Part shown: piece by piece, positions 30,337 to 39,464 of the stretch | How positions within the stretch are numbered: position 1 is the first letter of the stretch | Layout of the letters: each line of letters begins with the position of its first letter | NCBI GenBank assembly: GCA_965656495.1 | Contig: CBFHKU010000001.1 | Location: 242,781 to 306,780, forward strand | Direction: 5' to 3' | Length of the DNA: 64,000 bases | Source: Coraliomargaritaceae bacterium | GTDB lineage: Bacteria > Verrucomicrobiota > Verrucomicrobiia > Opitutales > Coraliomargaritaceae | Position numbers and translations under genes: made by a program | Notes under the pieces: generated by a model | What the model was told of the DNA's origin: nothing | The model's database searches: none | Seen by the model: the letters and a program-made list of their open reading frames with translations, nothing else

Positions 30337-30651
30337 ATGGAGTATTATCAACACCAAGCCCGCGAACACGATTTGCCCTTTCGCAGCGACGGCGACGCCC
30401 TCAACCTCCTCGAGGAACAACGCGCCGCCCTCGCATGCCTGCACGACGCCGTCCAACGCTGCCAATACGAAGACATGCGCACCCGCCCCGTCCTCGCCGC
30501 CCTCGATTTCCTCGCCACCAGCCTCCCCAGCGGACGCGGCGCCGACGCCGCCCTCCAGCATTTCCGCCAGGCCCTCGCCCTCGCACACCCCCAACAACGC
30601 GCCCAGACCCTCCAACACGCCTACCGCTCCATCGAACTCGCCGCGGAGTGA
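30337..30651 (+). CDS. Hypothetical helical protein
   Basis: 104 aa ORF with strongly C-ending codons; TTGACC upstream. Confidence 0.7.
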   Translation: MEYYQHQAREHDLPFRSDGDALNLLEEQRAALACLHDAVQRCQYEDMRTRPVLAALDFLATSLPSGRGADAALQHFRQALALAHPQQRAQTLQHAYRSIELAAE

Positions 30652-30740
30652 AGGGGGGATCGGTATTCTGGGCCCGCAGCTCTAGCGGTATGAATGTTCC
30701 TATGTGGAATCTTGGTTCCTGATTGTATGATGATAATTAA

Positions 30741-30768
30741 TTGGGTAATAAATTCCATTATGTTAAAT
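30741..30768. other. dif-like XerC/XerD recombination site
   Basis: TTGGGTAATAA-ATTCCA-TTATGTTAAAT; right arm equals the E. coli XerD arm; 11-6-11 layout; lies at the skew switch. Confidence 0.65.
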
Positions 30769-31149
30769 ATAATTTTGATCTTAATTTGTCTCCTCGTCGG
30801 CTGTGTCGGTACGCCGGAACCATTAGGCGAAACCAATAATACTGCAGCTCCGGGAATTGTGCAGATAAATATCCGGACTGGAGTAACAAACAAGATTCGG
30901 GTCCTTCAAAATTTAGGCAGTCCCAATTTTGTGGAATTCGACCCTTTCAGGGAGTGGTCAGTTTGGGTTTATCTGATCGAAGCACAGATCAGCGAGAGTC
31001 CTACCAAACCGGGCTATTGGACGATTTTAATGCCCAAGAAAACAGCACCCCCGTCCGCCACGGAAACTATATTCAAAACAAAGAAGTTATATATCAGCAT
31101 CAGTGATCATAATGTCGTTAAAGAAATCAGTTATCTCGAGTTCGATTAA
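30760..31149 (+). CDS. Putative lipoprotein (SmpA/BamE-like), AT-rich
   Basis: Lipobox LVGC; G.T..RVLQNLGSP...W.Y pattern; start uncertain because it overlaps the dif-like site. Confidence 0.55.
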   Translation: MLNIILILICLLVGCVGTPEPLGETNNTAAPGIVQINIRTGVTNKIRVLQNLGSPNFVEFDPFREWSVWVYLIEAQISESPTKPGYWTILMPKKTAPPSATETIFKTKKLYISISDHNVVKEISYLEFD

Positions 31150-31208
31150 GCATTGCTTCCAACACGCCAACCGCTCCATCGAACTCGCGGGGGGAGTGAA
31201 GTAGGTTG

Positions 31209-31784
31209 TTACCCTTTAACAATGCCGCGGTCGAGGAGTTCGAAGTAGCAGCGGGCGCAGGCTTGGACGTCGTTCATGGCGTCGTGGGCGCCGTCGAAGT
31301 CGGTATCAAATAGTTTTTGGTGGAGCTCGGAAAGTTTGGGCCATTTGTATCCGTAGTTGCCGGGGATGGCGCAGTAATCGGTGGCGATTTCTTTGGTGCA
31401 ACAGTGGGCGGGTTTGTTGCGGGATTTGAGTCCGGCGCGGAGGCATTCGGCGCCGAGGACGGGGTAGTCGTAGCTGAGGTTGTGGGCGATGAGTTGGGTG
31501 CTGCGCTCGATTTGTTCGAGGAATCCTTGGAGGGCGTCTTGGATGGGGATGCCTTCGGCGATGGATTTTTCCTGGGAGAAGCCGTGTTCGATCCAGAAGG
31601 GTTCGGTGGGAATTTCCCAGCCGTCGGGTTGGATGAGGTCGACTTGTTGGGCGAGGCAGTTGCGGTCTGCGTCGTAGTAGGCCCAGGCGAGTTGAATGAC
31701 GCGGGGCCAGTTGTCGAGGTCGGCGAGGGGGGCTTCGTAGCGTTTGGGGAGTCCGGTGGTCTCGGTGTCGAAGATGAGATACAT
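31209..31784 (-). CDS. DEDDh 3'-5' exonuclease (DnaQ-like)
   Basis: FDTETTGLP, IAHN..YD, KWPKLSELH, AHDAMNDV; alternative start 31814. Confidence 0.92.
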   Translation of the reverse strand: MYLIFDTETTGLPKRYEAPLADLDNWPRVIQLAWAYYDADRNCLAQQVDLIQPDGWEIPTEPFWIEHGFSQEKSIAEGIPIQDALQGFLEQIERSTQLIAHNLSYDYPVLGAECLRAGLKSRNKPAHCCTKEIATDYCAIPGNYGYKWPKLSELHQKLFDTDFDGAHDAMNDVQACARCYFELLDRGIVKG

Positions 31785-31857
31785 ACTTTTATGGGGAATT
31801 GGGTTCCGCGCCATAAAAGTTAATAATGATTCATAAATAAAGTTAATTTGAGAGAGG

Positions 31858-32415
31858 AATAATGGTGGGAAGGTTGAAGAACTTCGAACGTTGAACATCG
31901 AACTTTGAACGTTGAGGGGTTGTTGGTTGGAACCACGAATGGACACGAATAGACACGAATGGGGTTTTAGGGTCACTGACTTGTTGCCATGTGCCCGGCA
32001 TAGCCGGGAACCACTAATCTTCACTAATTTACACTAATGGGGAAGGCGTAGAGGTGGGAAAGTATGAAGGTGGGAAAGTATGAAGGTGGGAAAGTGGGAA
32101 GGTATGAAGGTGGTAAGGTTGGGGAACTTTGAACGTTGAGGAGGTTGTTGGTTGGAACCACGAAATACACGAAAAGCACGAATGGGAGTGGGAGAACTAA
32201 CAACCTGCAACTAACAACATTCAACTCCACACTCTTACTCTTAGGAAGAAAAGGGTTGTATTACGTGGAAGCGGCAATCCTGCCGCTTTGCTTGTTGCTG
32301 AAAAGCGACAGGAGTGTCGCTTCCACGGCTGGTTGCTCGAAAGCGACAGGATTGTCGCTTCCACGGCGGGTGCGGCTTGGGGAGGAACCACGAAATACAC
32401 GAAAGGCACGAATGG
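31858..32415. repeat. Composite repeat array, reverse orientation relative to 28.3-29.1 kb
   Basis: GGTGGGAA/GTATGAA, CACGAAT, TTGAAC, AAAGCGACAGGAGTGTCGCTTCCAC. Confidence 0.9.
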
Positions 32416-32429
32416 GAGGGGGGATTGTT

Positions 32430-35400
32430 TTACTGGGTGGTTTTGCTGGGGTGGAACCAGGGGAAGAGGGCGGGTAGGACGAGGAGGGTGAGGAGGGTGG
32501 AGCTGAGGAGTCCGCCGGTCACGACGAGGGCGAGGGGGCGTTGGACTTCGCTGCCGGCGCCGTGGGCGAGGAGGAGGGGGAGGAGGCCGAGTCCGGTGGT
32601 GAGGGCGGTCATGAGGACGGGGCGGAGTCGTCGGGTGGCGGCTTCGATGGCGGCTTGGGCGGGTGGATCGCCGTCTTGTATGCGTTGGCGGGTGGTGGTG
32701 ATGAGGACGAGTCCGTTGCCGAGGGCGATGCCGAAGAGTGCGATGAATCCGACGGTGGCGGGGACGGAGAGGTTTTCTCCGGAGAGGTAGAGGGCGGCGA
32801 TGCCGCCGACGAGGGCGAGTGGGATGTTGAGTAGGATGAGGAGGCTGTGGCGGAGGGAGCCGAGGGCGGTATATATCATGATGAGGATGAGGAGGAGGGT
32901 AAGGGGGATGACGAGGGCGAAGCGTTGGTTGGCTTCTTGTTGGAGTTTATAGGTGCCGCCCCAGGTGGTGAGGGTTCCGGGGGGGAGTTGGACTTGTTGT
33001 TCGATGGCGTTTTCGGCTTCGGCGACGAAGCTGCCGATGTCGCGTCCGGAAACGTTGGCTTGAATGGCGATGAAGCGTTGGCTGTGTTCGCGGGTGATTT
33101 GGCGTGGGCCGACGAGGGTTTTGAGGGTGGCGATTTCGTTGAGTGGGACGAGGGCGCCTTGGGGGCTACGGATGAGGGTTTGGCTGATGGCTTCTGGGTT
33201 GTTGCGGTATTGTGGGGGGTAGCGGACGAGGATGTCGAAGCGTCGGATGCCTTCAAAGATGAGTCCGGCGCGGGTACCGCCGATGCCGGTTTGAATGACG
33301 TTTTGGATGTCGGCGACGTTGAGGTTGTAACGTGCGGCGGCGGCGCGGTCGATTTGGATGAGGAGTTGTGGGGCGCCGGTGACTTGGTCGACCTGGACAT
33401 CGCGGGCGCCTTCGATTTTGGCGAGGACGGTGGCGATTTGGTTGGCGTTATGGAGGAGGGTGTCGAGGTCTTCGCCGAAGACTTTGAGGGCGAGTTCTGC
33501 TTGGACGCCTTCGAGGAGTTCGTCGACGGACATTTCGATGGGCTGGGTGTAGTTTACGATGACGCCGGGGGGGTGGCCGATGGCTTTGCGGAGGGATTCA
33601 ATCATGGCTTCGGCATCGTAGGGGACGCGCCATTGGGCGGGGGGTGTCATGAGGAGGTAGAGTTCGGCGGCGTTGATGGGGTCGGCGTGGGCACCGATTT
33701 CGCCGCGTCCGATGCGGGTGACGACTTCGTTGACTTCGGGGACTTCGAGGAGGCGTCGCTCGATGGCCTGGGTCATGTGTCGGGAGGTGTCGATGGCGAT
33801 GGAGGGTGCCATCTTGAGTTTGACGACGAGGGTGCCTTCGTTGAGGCGTGGGGTGAATTCGGTGCCGAGGCGTGGGATGAGGGTGAGTCCGAGGGCGAGG
33901 ATGAGGAGGGCGGCGAGGCTGGTGAGGCGGGGGCGTGCGACGAAGGTTGCGAGGATTCGGCGGTAGGCGTTTTGGAGGCGGGGCGGGCGCGGGTTGGGGT
34001 GGTTTTTGTTTTTTGGGGGCCGCATGCAGGCATGGGCGATGACGGGGCTGATGAGGAGGGCGTAGAGGAGGGCGCCGGTCATGGCGAGGGCGATGGCGTA
34101 AGCGAGGGGGCGGAAGGTTTTGCCTTCGACTCCGGTGAGGGTGAAGAGGGGGAGGAAGACGAGGATGATGATGGCGACTGCGAAGCCGACGGGTCGGGCG
34201 ACTTGGACGCAGGCTTGGATGACGGAATCGGTGCGGGGGTTGTTGGGCTTGGCGCGGAGGTGCTGGTCGATGTTTTCGGTCATGACGATGGCACCATCGA
34301 CGAGCATGCCGATTGCGATGGCGATTCCACCGAGTGACATGAGGTTGGCGGAGATGCCGAGGTAATGCATTCCGAGGGCGGCAAAGAGGACGGAGAAGGG
34401 GAGGGCGAGGGCGACGACGACGGTGGGTCGCCAACCGCCCATAAAGAGGGTGAGGGTAAATGCCACGAGGGCGATGCCTTGAATGAGGGCATGGGTGACG
34501 GTGCGAATAGCGGCTTCTACGAGGGTTTTTTGCTGGTAGTAGGGGACGATTTGAATGCCTTCGGGGAGGCTTTCGTTAATTTTTTGGATTTTGTCTTCGA
34601 CTGCCTGAATGACGGTGGAGGCGTTGGTGCCGAAGAGTTTGATGACTTGCCCGGCGACGACTTCGCGGATTCCGTTGTGGGATTGTAGGCCGCGGCGGAT
34701 GGCTTGGCCTTCGCGGACGTGTGCGACTTCCCGGATGGTGATGGGGGTGCCGTCGAAGCTGCCGAGGAGGATGGCGCGGAGGTCCTCGATTCCGGTGGCG
34801 AGGCCGATGGAACGGACGACGTATTCTTCGTTGTTTTGTTCGATGTATTGAGCGCCGATGTTGAGGTTGTTGGCTTCGAGGGCGTCGATGACATCGTTGA
34901 CGGTGAGGGCATAGCGTTCGAGGGCGAGGGGGTCGACCTCGATGTGGAATTGTTTTTCGTAGCCGCCGATGCCGAGGACTTCGGTGACGCCGGGGACGTT
35001 TTGGAGGTTGAATTTAATAATCCAATCCTGAATGGAGCGCAGCTCGGTGAGGGAATAGGTGCCGGTGGAGTCCTCGAGGTAATAGAAGAGGACTTGCCCC
35101 ATGCCAGTGGAGATAGGGCCCATTTCGGGTTGTCCGAATCCGGAGGGGATGTTGTCGCGGGCTTCGTTGAGGCGTTCTCCGACGAGTTGGCGACAGAAGT
35201 AGATATCCATGCCGTCTTTGAAGTAGACGTTTACGACCGAGAGCCCGAAGTTTGAAATAGAACGGACGTTCTGGATTCCGGGGAGTCCGTTCATGGCGGT
35301 TTCTACGGGGAAGGTGACGTATTTTTCAATTTCCTCGGGGGCGAGTCCTTCGGTGACGGTGAAGACTTGGACGAGGTTGGGAGAGACGTCGGGGAAGGCG

Positions 35401-35507
35401 TCGACCGGAAGTTTCTTAAAGCTCTGGAACCCGCCGGCGATGATGAGGGCGAGGAGCGTGAAGACGAGGAGGCGTGCCTGAATGCAATATTCGAAGAGTC
35501 GTTTCAT
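32430..35507 (-). CDS. czcA: Heavy-metal RND efflux permease (CzcA/CusA)
   Basis: VDAFPDVS, ANLMSLGG, GMLVDGAIV, GVEGKTFRPLA, RLRPVLMTA, EVQRPLA. Confidence 0.95.
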   Translation of the reverse strand: MKRLFEYCIQARLLVFTLLALIIAGGFQSFKKLPVDAFPDVSPNLVQVFTVTEGLAPEEIEKYVTFPVETAMNGLPGIQNVRSISNFGLSVVNVYFKDGMDIYFCRQLVGERLNEARDNIPSGFGQPEMGPISTGMGQVLFYYLEDSTGTYSLTELRSIQDWIIKFNLQNVPGVTEVLGIGGYEKQFHIEVDPLALERYALTVNDVIDALEANNLNIGAQYIEQNNEEYVVRSIGLATGIEDLRAILLGSFDGTPITIREVAHVREGQAIRRGLQSHNGIREVVAGQVIKLFGTNASTVIQAVEDKIQKINESLPEGIQIVPYYQQKTLVEAAIRTVTHALIQGIALVAFTLTLFMGGWRPTVVVALALPFSVLFAALGMHYLGISANLMSLGGIAIAIGMLVDGAIVMTENIDQHLRAKPNNPRTDSVIQACVQVARPVGFAVAIIILVFLPLFTLTGVEGKTFRPLAYAIALAMTGALLYALLISPVIAHACMRPPKNKNHPNPRPPRLQNAYRRILATFVARPRLTSLAALLILALGLTLIPRLGTEFTPRLNEGTLVVKLKMAPSIAIDTSRHMTQAIERRLLEVPEVNEVVTRIGRGEIGAHADPINAAELYLLMTPPAQWRVPYDAEAMIESLRKAIGHPPGVIVNYTQPIEMSVDELLEGVQAELALKVFGEDLDTLLHNANQIATVLAKIEGARDVQVDQVTGAPQLLIQIDRAAAARYNLNVADIQNVIQTGIGGTRAGLIFEGIRRFDILVRYPPQYRNNPEAISQTLIRSPQGALVPLNEIATLKTLVGPRQITREHSQRFIAIQANVSGRDIGSFVAEAENAIEQQVQLPPGTLTTWGGTYKLQQEANQRFALVIPLTLLLILIMIYTALGSLRHSLLILLNIPLALVGGIAALYLSGENLSVPATVGFIALFGIALGNGLVLITTTRQRIQDGDPPAQAAIEAATRRLRPVLMTALTTGLGLLPLLLAHGAGSEVQRPLALVVTGGLLSSTLLTLLVLPALFPWFHPSKTTQ

Positions 35508-35527
35508 GGATGCTTGGGCGGTTGTTA

Positions 35528-36601
35528 CTAGTGGGCGTGTCCGTCGCCGAAGTTTTCTTTTTGGGCATCGGCTTTAAGAAAGAAACCGCCTTTGGATACG
35601 TAGGATTCGCCGGGTTGAAGGCCGTCGATAATGGCGATGTGATCGGCGTCCTCGGAGCCAATGGTAACGGTGCGGGGTTTGAAGCCTTCGGGGGTTGGGA
35701 CAAAGACAACCTCGTGGTCTTCCATTGTAATGACGCTGACGCGGGAGACCACTACGGGGAAGGTTTCGCGGTCGAGCTTAAGGTTGCCGATAACGAAGAG
35801 GCCGGGGCGGAGGAGTCCTTTTTTATTGGAAACAACGGCGCGGATGAGGCTGGTGCGACTGGTTTCGTCGACGACCGGGCCGAGATAGGAGATTTGCGCC
35901 TCGATCGCGGGGAAGTTGTCTCCGAAGTCGAGGGTAACGGATTGCCCGATACGGACGCGGGGGAGGTCTCGTTGGTAGAGGCGTAAGTCGACCCATACCG
36001 AGGTGGTATCGGCGATGGTGTACATGAGTTCGCCGGCCTCGAAGCTTTCGCCCGGGGTGATGTGGAAATCGGTAATGGTGCCGTCGAGGGTGGCGGTGAG
36101 TTGGAAGGGGCGGAGGCTTTCGTTGCTTTCCATTTCTGCGAGGACTTCGCCGGCTTTGACGGTGTCGCCGAGGCGTTTATGGATGCGTTTGACTATCCCG
36201 GCGAAACGGGGGCTGACGTGAGTGACGGTATTCTCGTTGACGCGGACTTCGCCGGTAAGGAGCAGGTTTTTTTGGATGGAACCGGATTGAGCTACGGCAA
36301 GTTCGATACCAAATTCTTCCTGATCTCGTGGGTCAATCGCATGTGCTTTTGGGTCTTCGTGATCCTGGTCTTCCGGAGCGATGTGATCCAAATCTTCATC
36401 GTGATCGTGATTATGATCGTCATGATCATCGTGCTCATGTTGTTCCGACATTTGTATCGCGGTTGTTTCAGTATTGTTTGCCGGATCGTGGTTGTCCTCT
36501 TGGTTGTGCCTTGCTGGTTTGCAGGCACTCAGAATGAACGGGAATAAGCTAAGAATGATTATGCGAATCGCAAGGGATTGGCTTGGAGCTTTGTTTTTCA
36601 T
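35528..36601 (-). CDS. czcB: RND periplasmic adaptor (CzcB) with His-rich linker
   Basis: Lipobox-like LSAC, HEHDDHDDHNHDH, LRPGLFV, C-terminal GHAH. Confidence 0.9.
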   Translation of the reverse strand: MKNKAPSQSLAIRIIILSLFPFILSACKPARHNQEDNHDPANNTETTAIQMSEQHEHDDHDDHNHDHDEDLDHIAPEDQDHEDPKAHAIDPRDQEEFGIELAVAQSGSIQKNLLLTGEVRVNENTVTHVSPRFAGIVKRIHKRLGDTVKAGEVLAEMESNESLRPFQLTATLDGTITDFHITPGESFEAGELMYTIADTTSVWVDLRLYQRDLPRVRIGQSVTLDFGDNFPAIEAQISYLGPVVDETSRTSLIRAVVSNKKGLLRPGLFVIGNLKLDRETFPVVVSRVSVITMEDHEVVFVPTPEGFKPRTVTIGSEDADHIAIIDGLQPGESYVSKGGFFLKADAQKENFGDGHAH

Positions 36602-36621
36602 GATTTTGACTATGGAAAAGT

Positions 36622-37920
36622 TTATGGGGTATTCGGAAGAGAAGCGGTGAGTTTTAGGATTTCCGTTTGGGCCAGATTGTAATCGCGGAGGGCATTGAGG
36701 TGGCTCTCGCGGAGGTCGAAGAGGGTTTGACGCGCCTCAAGAACGGCGAGTTGGGTGAATTTCCCTTGCTGGTAACCTGCTTCGGTACGGCTGAGGGTTT
36801 CCTTGGCAGCGGGGAGGAGTTCACGGGCGATGGAATGGACCTCGGCGTGAGCGGTGGTGAGGGCTTGATAGGCACGGTTGAGTTGAATGCGCAAGCTGCG
36901 TTGGAGGCGTATCTTTGCTTGTTGGTTGGCATGGCGGAGGGCGGTGGCGCTATGGATATTGCCTTTGTTTTTATCAAAGAGGGGCCAGGGGATTTGAAGG
37001 CCCAGGATGAAGGCGCCGTCACCATCGGCTTCGTTGAAGTAGCGCCCGCCGGCGAAGACTTCGAGGTCGGGAACGGCGCGGGCTTTTTCTAACTGGATGG
37101 CGGCCTCATAGCGGCGATTTTGGGCCTTGAATGCGGCGAGGGAGGGATTTGCGTGGAGCTGGGCGGAGAGGGTTTCATAAGCGGGCAGGTCGGGGCTCAG
37201 AGCAAGCGAACCCACCGGCTCGAAGTTTTCGGATTCGGGTGCCTCGCTCCAGAGGCTGGCGAGTTCGGCTTTGGCGCTCGCATAGGCTCGCTGCGCGGAT
37301 TGCAGGGCAAAGTTTTGTTGTCGCACCGCAAGTTGGGCGCGGGCGGCTTCTACTTGAGGGGAAAGGGCTGCTTTGACGAGGCGTTCGGTTTCGGCGGCGC
37401 TTGCTTTGGCAAGTTGGACTTGTTCCTGACGCAGGGAAAGATCTTTCGCGGCAAGGAGGGCATTGACGAATGCGGCTCGCAGGCGGGCCTCTATTTCAAG
37501 GCGAAGGATTTTGGCCTCCCAGAGGGTTTCGGCGTATTGAGCCTTAGCGAGCTCGACTCGGCGGGGCCGCTTCTTTGCGGTCTCGAGGGTCTGACTCAGA
37601 CTAAGGGTGAATTCCAGAGATTGCACCCCACGCATCGGGCCGCTGCCGAGGAAGTTGCCCAGTTCAGCGGAAATAACGGGGTTGGGCAGACGACCGGCCT
37701 GTTGGATTTGCCCGGCAGCGACCTCGGTTTGGGCGATATTTTCTGCGAGGGCGGGATGCTGGCGCAGGGTGCGCTCCAAAGCGTCGTTGAAGCTGAGTTT
37801 TACCTCAGGAAGGCTTTCTCCGTTAAGGGATAGCGCTAAATAGAATGGGATATATTTGATTAAATAAAAAAAATTCATGTTGAGGCGATTACGAATGAGA
37901 CGAAGCGAGCTTTTATGCAA
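36622..37920 (-). CDS. czcC: TolC-family outer membrane factor (CzcC)
   Basis: RLPNP, PLFDKNKGNI, GYQQGK..L.VLEA; start may be 37878. Confidence 0.9.
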   Translation of the reverse strand: MHKSSLRLIRNRLNMNFFYLIKYIPFYLALSLNGESLPEVKLSFNDALERTLRQHPALAENIAQTEVAAGQIQQAGRLPNPVISAELGNFLGSGPMRGVQSLEFTLSLSQTLETAKKRPRRVELAKAQYAETLWEAKILRLEIEARLRAAFVNALLAAKDLSLRQEQVQLAKASAAETERLVKAALSPQVEAARAQLAVRQQNFALQSAQRAYASAKAELASLWSEAPESENFEPVGSLALSPDLPAYETLSAQLHANPSLAAFKAQNRRYEAAIQLEKARAVPDLEVFAGGRYFNEADGDGAFILGLQIPWPLFDKNKGNIHSATALRHANQQAKIRLQRSLRIQLNRAYQALTTAHAEVHSIARELLPAAKETLSRTEAGYQQGKFTQLAVLEARQTLFDLRESHLNALRDYNLAQTEILKLTASLPNTP

Positions 37921-37968
37921 AGAGCCAGCAGGGCATTTGAGAGTCCGGCGGAAGGCAGTTTTTCAGGC

Positions 37969-38340
37969 TTAACAAAGTCTGACTACAGAGGCTTTGACGA
38001 GGGGCGCAGTGGGCTTTGATTCGGGTGGTCCCCGCGACGGGGGTAGTGCCGCGCATTTGAAAAGAGGCTGCGGCGATCCTGTGCCGGAATGCCATTGCTG
38101 TAGGTTTTTTGGGGTCGCCGCTGGCTTTGGCTGGCTCTCAAAGGTAGCAGCGAAATCACAGGTAAGCAGTTGGGCATCAAGGCACAAGTGCGCTTCGCAC
38201 AAAGGATGCCCCTCGCTTTCGAGCGGGGAGGGGTCTGCGTGGAAGCAAGTGCGCGGCGCACCGGTCGCGGCCAAGGCGGCGTTCCAAAGAATCAGGCCGG
38301 CGATCAATAGCCTTAATATTTTGTGAAAACGCATTCTCAC
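37969..38340 (-). CDS. Leader protein with signal peptide, Cys/His cluster and RGPP motif (DUF2946/CzcI-like)
   Basis: Hydrophobic N-terminus, CFH/HPLCEAHLC, PPSRGPP near the C-terminus; first gene of the czc operon. Confidence 0.65.
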   Translation of the reverse strand: MRMRFHKILRLLIAGLILWNAALAATGAPRTCFHADPSPLESEGHPLCEAHLCLDAQLLTCDFAATFESQPKPAATPKNLQQWHSGTGSPQPLFKCAALPPSRGPPESKPTAPLVKASVVRLC

Positions 38341-38410
38341 TTAGAAACGACCGTGCAAAGGCGAAAAGAGTTCCCGGATATAATTAAAAAATACTTACAA
38401 AGGCCAGGAA

Positions 38411-38427
38411 TTGGCACGCCTTAAGCT
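38411..38427 (+). promoter_or_regulatory. Sigma54 promoter of the porin gene
   Basis: TTGGCACGCCTTAAGCT, GG-N10-GC. Confidence 0.7.
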
Positions 38428-38483
38428 TACGTTATTACGGGTTTATAAACGTAAATCCAATGTATTAACCAAACTAACTAGTT

Positions 38484-39398
38484 ATGAAAATTAAAAATAC
38501 AATCACGGGAAGCCTTGCTGCATTTGCGGTATTCGCGTCCCAAGCAAGTGCTGAGATCGTCCTAACGGATGATTTGAGCCTTTCCGGTTACATCGATATC
38601 TGGCTCGACAGCCTTGATAGCGAGGGTGATGCCGACTACGGCGTGCAGGAAATTGAGTTGGCTTTTGCCTTCACACCTGCTGACAGTCCTTGGTCCGCAG
38701 TAGCGGAGCTATCCTTGGATGGTGCAGATGACTTCTCCGGTGGAGAAGAAATCACACTCAATACCGAAACCGTCACCGTAACTTACGCAGCATCGGATGC
38801 GCTCTCCTTTACTATTGGTAACATTCTTAGTTATCAAGGTTTCGAGACCTTTGATGCCACTGGACTCTATCAGTATTCCTATTCTGGAACCAGAGGTTCT
38901 GTATTATACTCTGCCGAGTATGCTTTTGGTGCATCCGCTGATTATGCAACCGATGATTACTCCCTCGGTTTCTGGATTGGCGACAATGGAGGTGAAGCTA
39001 GCACGGAGTATCTCTTTGCTTACACTGGTATTGAGAACACAACCTTGAAGGTTATCTTCGCGGATGATCCCGGTTATGAGTCGCTCAATGTTTGGGGTTC
39101 GTATGATTATGGTGACTTCACCTTCGCATTCGAGTTCTATGACAATGATCCCACTACTGGAAGCACTTCCACTGAGGTTGAATCCATTATGGGTCTGGTT
39201 TACTACTCCTTCGGCGATGCCGGTATCACTGTTCGCTACGTAGATGGCGAAATGGGTGGTACAGAGTATGAGCGCCTGACTTTCTCACCAAGCTACGCAT
39301 TCTCTGATAATGTATTTGGCCTTTGTGAGTTTACCTTTGAAGAAACCAGTGCGGGTACTTCCGAGGAATTCGCAGCGGAGCTGATTTACAGCTTCTAA
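38484..39398 (+). CDS. Outer-membrane beta-barrel porin
   Basis: Signal peptide, LSGYID, alternating aromatic strands, C-terminal YSF. Confidence 0.85.
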   Translation: MKIKNTITGSLAAFAVFASQASAEIVLTDDLSLSGYIDIWLDSLDSEGDADYGVQEIELAFAFTPADSPWSAVAELSLDGADDFSGGEEITLNTETVTVTYAASDALSFTIGNILSYQGFETFDATGLYQYSYSGTRGSVLYSAEYAFGASADYATDDYSLGFWIGDNGGEASTEYLFAYTGIENTTLKVIFADDPGYESLNVWGSYDYGDFTFAFEFYDNDPTTGSTSTEVESIMGLVYYSFGDAGITVRYVDGEMGGTEYERLTFSPSYAFSDNVFGLCEFTFEETSAGTSEEFAAELIYSF

Positions 39399-39426
39399 TT
39401 GCTCAATCAAAATTCATTTGAACAAC

Positions 39427-39461
39427 AGAGGTTCTATCTATCTAGATAGAACCTCTTTTTT
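39427..39461 (+). terminator. Rho-independent terminator
   Basis: AGAGGTTCTATCTA / TAGATAGAACCTCT followed by a T-run. Confidence 0.8.
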
Positions 39462-39464
39462 ACT

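Larger units (their letters stand above)
30611..31200. repeat. About 42-bp direct repeats flanking an AT-rich segment
   Basis: TCCAACACGCCWACCGCTCCATCGAACTCGC...GGAGTGAA at 30611-30652 and 31158-31200. Confidence 0.85.

Noticed and set aside
30295..30355. TTATGTTCACC as a second dif arm and TTATCAACA as a DnaA box
   Set aside because: No matching XerC arm; a single mismatched box inside a CDS is insufficient.
31815..32024. N-terminal extension of the exonuclease ORF
   Set aside because: It runs through repeat DNA; the real start is 31784 or 31814.
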